Source: an uncultured virus (IMG/VR IMGVR_UViG_3300013307_000019) (taxonomy: Duplodnaviria; Heunggongvirae; Uroviricota; Caudoviricetes). Taken from it: a stretch of DNA of 20,000 nt. The notes below the pieces were generated by a model that saw nothing but the letters and a program-made list of their open reading frames with translations, was not told the origin of the DNA and did no database searches. Shown one piece after another: positions 14,605-20,000 of the stretch. The translations under genes and the position numbers were made by a program. The first letter of the stretch is position 1. The number at the start of each line of letters is the position of its first letter. The stretch lies in the IMG/VR virus record IMGVR_UViG_3300013307_000019. One strand, written 5' to 3'.

Positions 14605-14855
14605 TGGACGCAGAAAGACGTGCAAAGCTCGAATACGAGCGGAACTACGCAATCTCTCGCAGGGATGAAATCGACTCCGAAAACTTCCTCATGCACGAGT
14701 ACGCGGCTAAGGCTAGGCACGCCTGGAATGACTTGGCCAAGATGGCACAGTACTTCTTGGATCGTAGTGTGCATCAGCCCACAAGGTACAACTGTGAGCA
14801 TTGCGGCCAAAACGGCGTAACTTCCCACCATCTTTGCACACGTCCTAGCGATTAG
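14604..14855 (+). CDS. hypothetical protein with C-terminal CxxC..HxC
   Basis: TGATG overlap; CEHCGQNGVTSHHLC. Confidence 0.75.
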   Translation: MDAERRAKLEYERNYAISRRDEIDSENFLMHEYAAKARHAWNDLAKMAQYFLDRSVHQPTRYNCEHCGQNGVTSHHLCTRPSD

Positions 14856-14864
14856 GAGAGAAAC

Positions 14865-15110
14865 GTGGGAGGATTGGGTCAAGGACACAATAAGTCCGAA
14901 GACGAGAAGATGAAGGCCCGCCTTGAGGCTATCGCTGAGGAGGCGGCAGAAAAGCTGGAAATGGAGCGCGAGGACATCGCCGTAAAAGCCGCTATGTGGG
15001 CTTGGAACAACGGTGACTACCGCGACTACGAGGGTCGCATGCGTGAAGCCTTGCGGGCGGCGCTGAGAGCTTTGGGAGAACTGGGCATTTTGGAGGAGAA
15101 CGATGGTTGA
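14865..15110 (+). CDS. hypothetical helical protein
   Basis: AGGAG RBS, GTG start. Confidence 0.8.
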   Translation: MGGLGQGHNKSEDEKMKARLEAIAEEAAEKLEMEREDIAVKAAMWAWNNGDYRDYEGRMREALRAALRALGELGILEENDG

Positions 15111-15324
15111 AATTCTTCTTGCTCTCGTGTGCGTGACCGCGCTCATCTGGGCAGGGTACGACAAGCTTTTGCACCCGGATACGGTTACGCTCTACCGGCC
15201 TGTCACGGTCGTCTGGGCGCTTGGCTCGCTCATGCTTCTGTACATCGGCTACATTTTGCCGTGGGTGTGGTACGGATACGCATTGATTTGGTGGACACTC
15301 ATGCATTTGGGAGAACTTCTGTGA
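15103..15324 (+). CDS. membrane protein
   Basis: GGAGGAG RBS; 2-3 hydrophobic segments. Confidence 0.8.
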   Translation: MVEILLALVCVTALIWAGYDKLLHPDTVTLYRPVTVVWALGSLMLLYIGYILPWVWYGYALIWWTLMHLGELL

Positions 15325-15518
15325 GAAGTGTAATCGCATCAATTGTCGCCGTCGTTCTCCTTGTGGGAATCGGATGGGCACTTGGCGAAGCAATCAACTA
15401 TGACACCAATAAAATGGCGGTGTGTAAGGCACACAACCTCGTCATGGTTCAGGAGTGGCCCGCAGGAAAGTACGGATGCGGAAAAGTCATCCCTTTCGAC
15501 AGATTTGAGAAGAAATGA
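15321..15518 (+). CDS. small membrane protein
   Basis: GTGA overlap; SVIASIVAVVLLVGIGWAL then a two-Cys domain. Confidence 0.75.
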   Translation: MRSVIASIVAVVLLVGIGWALGEAINYDTNKMAVCKAHNLVMVQEWPAGKYGCGKVIPFDRFEKK

Positions 15519-15766
15519 ACCAGAACAAAGCCTTTACCGAGACCCTGAACCTCGCGCATGAGCGCGGAATGGACAAGCTCACCTGGGATGACACGTCCAA
15601 GGACTTGAGCTATGCTCACTTGGAGGACATGGCGACCCGCATCACCGACGATTTCTCCGAAGCAAAGCTCGGTCGCTGGCTGGGATGGGCACAAGCCGCT
15701 GTTGTAGCGGCTGGAATCGCCACCTTGGACGAAATGAAGGAAATCAACCTGAGGAATTCAACATGA
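15515..15766 (+). CDS. conserved phage hypothetical protein
   Basis: HLEDM...KLGRWLGWAQ...LDEMKEIN recalls a widespread uncharacterised phage family (from memory). Confidence 0.85.
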   Translation: MNQNKAFTETLNLAHERGMDKLTWDDTSKDLSYAHLEDMATRITDDFSEAKLGRWLGWAQAAVVAAGIATLDEMKEINLRNST

Positions 15767-15945
15767 TTGTCTCGTATGTGCCCGTGATTTTCGCACTTGT
15801 GGCGGTTCTTGTTGCCGTTACGGGCGTAGGGTTCCTGATTTGGGGCGCTTTTGCCGAAGATCGCCTCATTTTGTGGCTGGGAGTCGCTATGACGGTAGTT
15901 GGACTTGTTATTTCGCTCGCAATCAAGATTTTTATGGAGTCGTGA
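15763..15945 (+). CDS. two-TM membrane protein
   Basis: GAGGA RBS, ATGA overlap, two long hydrophobic helices. Confidence 0.8.
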   Translation: MIVSYVPVIFALVAVLVAVTGVGFLIWGAFAEDRLILWLGVAMTVVGLVISLAIKIFMES

Positions 15946-16298
15946 TGGAAGACGAACCACGGTACGACCCTCGCGCCGGAACATGGGACAAAATGTGTCC
16001 TTGCATCCTTGCAGAGCAGATTGATCCGGACTGCGAGTGGCACGGACGCATCAATCGGCTCGAAAATGAGCGTGTCATGCAAGCAATGAGCGAGGTTGGC
16101 GTTATCGGCAAGGAAAATGTTTCCCTGAAGGTAGTTACGAAGCTCGCTAAAGCATTGAAAGCGCGTGAAACTCGTGTAGAACCCTACCTTATCGTCACCT
16201 GGACCGAACGTACAACAGCGTACGTTGGAGGTTACGAGATTGAGAACGTTCCGACCAAATACACGCTTCTTTCTGACGGCACAATTAAGGTGGATTGA
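15945..16298 (+). CDS. hypothetical protein
   Basis: GGAG RBS, MEDEPRYDPR...; CPC..DPDCEWHG motif. Confidence 0.8.
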   Translation: MEDEPRYDPRAGTWDKMCPCILAEQIDPDCEWHGRINRLENERVMQAMSEVGVIGKENVSLKVVTKLAKALKARETRVEPYLIVTWTERTTAYVGGYEIENVPTKYTLLSDGTIKVD

Positions 16299-16300
16299 AC

Positions 16301-16456
16301 ATGGCACAAGTGTGGAAGTGCATCAAGTGCGGAGCAAGTACCACTGACCCGGAAAAGGCTGGGGACCACGAGCGGTTTCATTACGGCACGGTGATTAGTC
16401 GTAGTAAAGACGGTGACGGCAATCTTCTGCACTACATGGAAGACATCGGAGAGTAG
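16301..16456 (+). CDS. 51-aa C2H2-type zinc finger protein
   Basis: WKCIKCGASTTDPEKAGDHERFH = C-x2-C-x12-H-x3-H; absent from ORF track. Confidence 0.7.
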   Translation: MAQVWKCIKCGASTTDPEKAGDHERFHYGTVISRSKDGDGNLLHYMEDIGE

Positions 16457-16457
16457 C

Positions 16458-16574
16458 GTGGTTTGGGTAATTCTTGGGATTGTGGTAGTTTTGCTTTCTC
16501 TGATAATCCTGGCCGGTTTCGACGGCACAGATGAGTACAACGATGACGGATGGGGTGATGGTGGTTATTTCTGA
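16458..16574 (+). CDS. 38-aa membrane peptide with acidic tail
   Basis: GGAG RBS; MVWVILGIVVVLLSLIILAGFDGTDEYNDDGWGDGGYF. Confidence 0.7.
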   Translation: MVWVILGIVVVLLSLIILAGFDGTDEYNDDGWGDGGYF

Positions 16575-16872
16575 CCTCCGCTGTGTTCACGGTTACGGAC
16601 ACCACGCGGGCTCTCACTCATGTGACCCTTGGAATCATGCTGATGAGTGCCCTGTGTCATATGCAGATCGGAAGAATGAGAGCTACGCCTCTCAACTTCT
16701 CGGAATCCCCATCATTCCCATTCGGGAGACCCGTCTGGCGCACAACCATGTTTTCCAGAACAAGAACGGCATCGAGGGATGCCCCGCTTGTGATGCGGTA
16801 GACCCGTATCACATGACGATGCGCTACTTTGCCGGGGCGTACCAGAAAATGCATGAAGCCCCAGGTTGGTAA
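16558..16872 (+). CDS. Cys/His-rich hypothetical protein
   Basis: CVHG..H..C..H..C, HNH...GCPAC; start uncertain. Confidence 0.7.
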   Translation: MVVISDLRCVHGYGHHAGSHSCDPWNHADECPVSYADRKNESYASQLLGIPIIPIRETRLAHNHVFQNKNGIEGCPACDAVDPYHMTMRYFAGAYQKMHEAPGW

Positions 16873-16903
16873 TGACCATCTTGGGGCGTATAGGTAAATT
16901 ATG
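16866..16903 (+). promoter_or_regulatory. class B leaderless promoter
   Basis: TTGGTA, 17 bp ending GGCG, TATAGG 16889-16894, 6 nt, ATG 16901. Confidence 0.55.
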
Positions 16904-17122
16904 GCAGATGCATACACTCTTGACGCCTTGCCCAAGGTCACGCGGGTTGAGGTCGTAGATTCCACAGGTAGGGCCTTCGTCGGCTACTACAAGAATGTTG
17001 GCGTGACCGTTTCCATGCAGGACGATGACCAAACCATCAAGATTTTCGCTGGCGAGCGCATCGATTCCTACGAGTGGACAAAGACTCACGAGATTCAGAG
17101 CGGATGGCTGTCCAATGGCTGA
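16901..17122 (+). CDS. conserved phage hypothetical protein
   Basis: KVTRVEVVD..GRAFV...SMQDDDQTIKIF pattern. Confidence 0.85.
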   Translation: MADAYTLDALPKVTRVEVVDSTGRAFVGYYKNVGVTVSMQDDDQTIKIFAGERIDSYEWTKTHEIQSGWLSNG

Positions 17123-17372
17123 CGCCTACACGCGCCTGCGCGCGTGGGAGAAGAACATCTACGACGAGTCCGTGCCTAAGGACAAGGATGTACGAGAGGT
17201 TCTGGATGAACTTGACAGTGTGAAGAAAGACCTTAAAGAGCGCGAGCTTCACCACTTCGAGACCGAGCAGATTCTTACCCGCATCAAGGCGTACGTCAAG
17301 TTCAACGAGAAGGACCACCAAGGCTGGGTGGACGCCTCAGACATTCTCTCATTCATTGGAGGCCACGTATGA
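17115..17372 (+). CDS. hypothetical coiled-coil protein
   Basis: ATG 17115, MADAYTRLRAWEK... Confidence 0.8.
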   Translation: MADAYTRLRAWEKNIYDESVPKDKDVREVLDELDSVKKDLKERELHHFETEQILTRIKAYVKFNEKDHQGWVDASDILSFIGGHV

Positions 17373-17581
17373 GCATTTCAGGAGCACTCACCGCGACAGG
17401 CATTGTCTTCTTTTTCGTAACTGTGATTTTGGGGATAGCCGCGGCATTCATTCTTGATGACTACAACGACCGTAAAATCCCGACATGGGGAACGGCTTTG
17501 ATTATTGCAACCCCCATCTTCTCGGCGGCTCTTACTGTGTCGTTCTGGCTTGCGGGGATTTGGTCAGGAGTCAGGTCGTGA
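17369..17581 (+). CDS. two-TM membrane protein
   Basis: GGAGG RBS; two hydrophobic helices. Confidence 0.8.
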   Translation: MSISGALTATGIVFFFVTVILGIAAAFILDDYNDRKIPTWGTALIIATPIFSAALTVSFWLAGIWSGVRS

Positions 17582-17736
17582 GCAAGACAGTACACACAGA
17601 CTCTCGTGGGCGGGTCAGCCTGGGAGGAATCCTGAAGCCAGATACCTACTACCTGGTGACAAAGGACGAGAACGGGACCGTCTACCTGGACCCGGCCATC
17701 ATTACCCCCCTGAAAGACCTTGCGGAGAACTCATGA
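17578..17736 (+). CDS. AbrB/MazE/SpoVT-like DNA-binding protein
   Basis: AGGAG RBS, GTG; VHTDSRGRVSLG...YLV..DENGTVYLDP swapped-hairpin pattern. Confidence 0.7.
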   Translation: MSKTVHTDSRGRVSLGGILKPDTYYLVTKDENGTVYLDPAIITPLKDLAENS

Positions 17737-17957
17737 CGAAGCATCAGCACCACACCGAAAAACTCGTTTATACGGCTGTGACGCCTCCCGTCCCAGAGCA
17801 CACCAAGCGGTTCCGTATCCAGTGGGTGGACCGGAACAACGAGACCCAGGCACTCTACGACAAAGACCTCATGCACGCAAGGCGCAGGGCTGACAAGGTG
17901 GCGAAGAACCTCAACACGGTTGTCGCCGTCTACGATCAGGAGCCTCAAGATGACTGA
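17733..17957 (+). CDS. hypothetical protein
   Basis: GGAG RBS, ATGA overlap. Confidence 0.75.
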   Translation: MTKHQHHTEKLVYTAVTPPVPEHTKRFRIQWVDRNNETQALYDKDLMHARRRADKVAKNLNTVVAVYDQEPQDD

Positions 17958-18399
17958 GTGTGCACAGTGTAGCGACAACTGTTGCTACGGGGTACCCCAA
18001 GTTGCTGATACCTACTATCACGGTCAGCAATCACAGCCGCTTGCGAAGACTGTTAGTACAGGCTATGGTTCAACTGAGCGCGAAGATGAGAGAACTCCCA
18101 TCTTCGACTCAATCACTCTCCTGTACGAACGGAAGAGGGCTGTAGCCACGGTGCGCACAGCAATCGAAGCGCGTGCCGGAAAATACCAGCCAGCCTCGTT
18201 CGACCTGCCCGAAGGTCAATGGGAGAAGATTCGCGGTGCTCTCCTGCACCACATGTTCTCGTTGTTGTCTCAAGAAGCGGACTCTGTGCTGGAAACGGTA
18301 GATGGGGATGTCAACTCCTTCTACCACTTCATTGGGGGTGCCATCGGCGCGCTCGAAACTCTGTCCAACACGGACATCAACCCGGAGGCAACAACATGA
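17950..18399 (+). CDS. hypothetical protein
   Basis: AGGAG RBS; N-terminal CAQCSDNCC. Confidence 0.75.
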   Translation: MTECAQCSDNCCYGVPQVADTYYHGQQSQPLAKTVSTGYGSTEREDERTPIFDSITLLYERKRAVATVRTAIEARAGKYQPASFDLPEGQWEKIRGALLHHMFSLLSQEADSVLETVDGDVNSFYHFIGGAIGALETLSNTDINPEATT

Positions 18400-18692
18400 A
18401 CGAAGAGTACGAGCAGACGAGCGAAGAAGAGCTTGAGGCTGAAATCCGCATGAACGCCTTTCTTGGCGCTGACAGTGCCAAGGAACAGCTTGCAATTCTG
18501 ATGTTCGGTTCTGACGCGACTCCGGAGCAGGCCATCATCAGTGCATGCTTGAAGATTCCTGAGCCGATTGTGCGTGAGGCCCTGGCCGCTATCTTGGTGG
18601 CCTGGTACAACGACGACAAGGCTCACGCCGTCATGCAGATGCTCATGACAATGGCGAAGGAAGCCCTTGAGAGGGGCTTGGAGGATGTCTGA
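18396..18692 (+). CDS. hypothetical acidic helical protein
   Basis: GGAGG RBS, ATGA overlap. Confidence 0.8.
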   Translation: MNEEYEQTSEEELEAEIRMNAFLGADSAKEQLAILMFGSDATPEQAIISACLKIPEPIVREALAAILVAWYNDDKAHAVMQMLMTMAKEALERGLEDV

Positions 18693-18855
18693 TCTGGACC
18701 CGTACCCCTGGGAGTGTCGTAAGGACGGAGACCGGTACGTGGGCAACAACCCGAACCCCTCTGTGGAGTTCAACAAGTTCCGCCCGCGCATCGTCTTCGA
18801 GCAGGACAGGTCTAAGTACCCCGCCAACCCTCTGTGGGAAGGCTGGGATGAGTGA
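18685..18855 (+). CDS. hypothetical protein
   Basis: MSDLDPYPWECRK..., 8-nt overlap. Confidence 0.7.
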   Translation: MSDLDPYPWECRKDGDRYVGNNPNPSVEFNKFRPRIVFEQDRSKYPANPLWEGWDE

Positions 18856-18979
18856 CCGTAGGATTCCGATGACGATGAGTGGCTTCTGTCAGTACGGGCC
18901 GGGACCCTCTCACGAATTCTGCATCCTTTCCTCTTGCACCTGTCCGTGCCATGCGGACGATGAACAAGAAAATAGTTGA
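18848..18979 (+). CDS. 43-aa Cys-rich protein (CxCxCH)
   Basis: MSDRRIPMTMSGFCQYGPGPSHEFCILSSCTCPCHADDEQENS. Confidence 0.65.
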   Translation: MSDRRIPMTMSGFCQYGPGPSHEFCILSSCTCPCHADDEQENS

Positions 18980-19013
18980 CAGTTATTGCGTACCTGCGTA
19001 TACTACAAGTATG
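18976..19013 (+). promoter_or_regulatory. near-consensus leaderless promoter
   Basis: TTGACA 18976-18981, 17 bp ending GCG, TATACT 18999-19004, 6 nt, ATG 19011. Confidence 0.8.
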
Positions 19014-19325
19014 AACGCCGTACCTATGGAACAACTGAAACAACGGAGGCTGGACCTTGTTCAGCTTCTCACCGCTCGCGTGGAATCCATCGCGCGAGAA
19101 ATGGAAAGCACAGCCAAGCGCATCAAGCACTACACGGTCTCTGACCGGTCGCCTGACGCCTTGGTGGCCAGCGTACAGAACTCAGTTTTGAGTCCGCTGA
19201 AAGCCCTGCCAGGACTCGTGGCTATCTTGGACGACATCGCCAAGACCGACCGCGAGATTTCCGCAGGACAGACAGAGCAGGCGTACAAGGACGCCTGGGA
19301 GGAGGCACAGCCTAGTGCAGTTTAA
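19011..19325 (+). CDS. hypothetical helical protein
   Basis: Leaderless ATG 19011, MNAVPMEQLKQRR... Confidence 0.8.
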   Translation: MNAVPMEQLKQRRLDLVQLLTARVESIAREMESTAKRIKHYTVSDRSPDALVASVQNSVLSPLKALPGLVAILDDIAKTDREISAGQTEQAYKDAWEEAQPSAV

Positions 19326-19491
19326 GATCAAGCATCCTCAGCCGGTGCGAGCCGCTGACGTGCGCACCCAGACCCCTTCAGCACTTCCCCGGCCCGAGTT
19401 GCCTCTGCCCCGTCGCGTCCTGTGCTGGGTGGGAGGCACTGCGCTCTTGCTCATCCCCGTGAGCACCGCCGCTTTCGTTCTGGCAAGTTAG
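19315..19491 (+). CDS. 58-aa protein with C-terminal TM
   Basis: GGAGGAGG RBS, GTG 19315; Pro-rich then VLCWVGGTALLLIPVSTAAFVLAS. Confidence 0.65.
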   Translation: MQFKIKHPQPVRAADVRTQTPSALPRPELPLPRRVLCWVGGTALLLIPVSTAAFVLAS

Positions 19492-19499
19492 GAAAAAAG

Positions 19500-19856
19500 G
19501 TGACTATTTCAGTCGTGGACTCTACCACAAGCGTGATTATCTCCATGAATCCGTTTGCCGGTCCCCCCGCTCCTCCGCGAGACCCTGCACCGTGTGGAAA
19601 CAACAGCGTGCATGCCCCCCACGAGTACGGCGAGGATGCCTCTTGGTGCGGTGGTCTGCGCCCTGTGGGGTATGAAGAGGAGAAGGAAGACTCTCGACGC
19701 TTGAAGCACCACGCTAGGCGGTATGAGAAGCACATCGTTCGACTGTTTCTGCGCAACTATCTGGCCAAGGCCGTCCTGGACAAAGAGCGTGAGCCTGATA
19801 ATCCAGTTTTCACGAACCGCATCAAAGTCATCGAATACCTGATGGCTTATGCCTGA
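19500..19856 (+). CDS. hypothetical protein
   Basis: GTG after AGGA; PCGNNSVHAPHEY...WCGG motif; start uncertain. Confidence 0.7.
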   Translation: MTISVVDSTTSVIISMNPFAGPPAPPRDPAPCGNNSVHAPHEYGEDASWCGGLRPVGYEEEKEDSRRLKHHARRYEKHIVRLFLRNYLAKAVLDKEREPDNPVFTNRIKVIEYLMAYA

Positions 19857-20000
19857 CCAATATCAGCTTGGGCAAAGAGTTCGCATCACGGGGCACACCA
19901 AGAAGGTGAATGACTACAAGGCGAAGGTAGAGGGCACGTCGTACCCGAAGGCGGGCCTTCCCATCACCTGGGATGCTTGGGGTCACAAGATAGGCATTGA
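19849..20000 (+). CDS. hypothetical protein, 5' part (truncated)
   Basis: MPDQYQLGQRVRITG..., open to window end. Confidence 0.65.
   Translation, partial: MPDQYQLGQRVRITGHTKKVNDYKAKVEGTSYPKAGLPITWDAWGHKIGI

Noticed and set aside
16901..17132. Adjacent genes both begin MADAYT
   Set aside because: DNA differs at most third positions and similarity stops after six residues; cannot be distinguished from chance
10568..19756. Many long - strand ORFs (e.g. 12577-13365, 18321-19130)
   Set aside because: Antisense shadows of tightly coupled + strand genes; no RBS, promoter or motif support

Overview
Segment of a large dsDNA phage genome, most likely infecting Actinobacteria. This is inferred from the HGTxxxYxxGCRCxxC Zn motifs, the WEWG...GPW proteins, an actinobacterial-type HicA, actinobacterial LexA-box-like sites and leaderless promoters. 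It holds about 65 tightly packed, mostly small + strand genes, many coupled by ATGA/TAATG overlaps and missed by the ORF track. Recognisable products are an HTH protein, the N-terminal half of a Rad50/SbcC-like ATPase that stops at its Zn hook, a six-repeat Zn-motif protein, a dNMP kinase, an orphan HicA-like toxin (the only clear - strand gene) and an AbrB-like protein. The main non-coding architecture has four parts. (1) Seven promoter cassettes whose predicted transcripts start with ACCAACCAA (ACCAATC in the - strand copy), forming promoter-gene-terminator modules at 1-2.5 kb and 7.9-10.6 kb. (2) A second, mostly leaderless promoter class, TTG...GCG-TATAnn-5/6 nt-ATG. (3) Two identical LexA-box-like 21-bp repeats flanking a bidirectional hairpin at 7658-7764. 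(4) Strong, position-dependent GATC avoidance. No structural, tRNA, CRISPR or integrase genes were seen. All functional calls are by motif recognition, without database searches.
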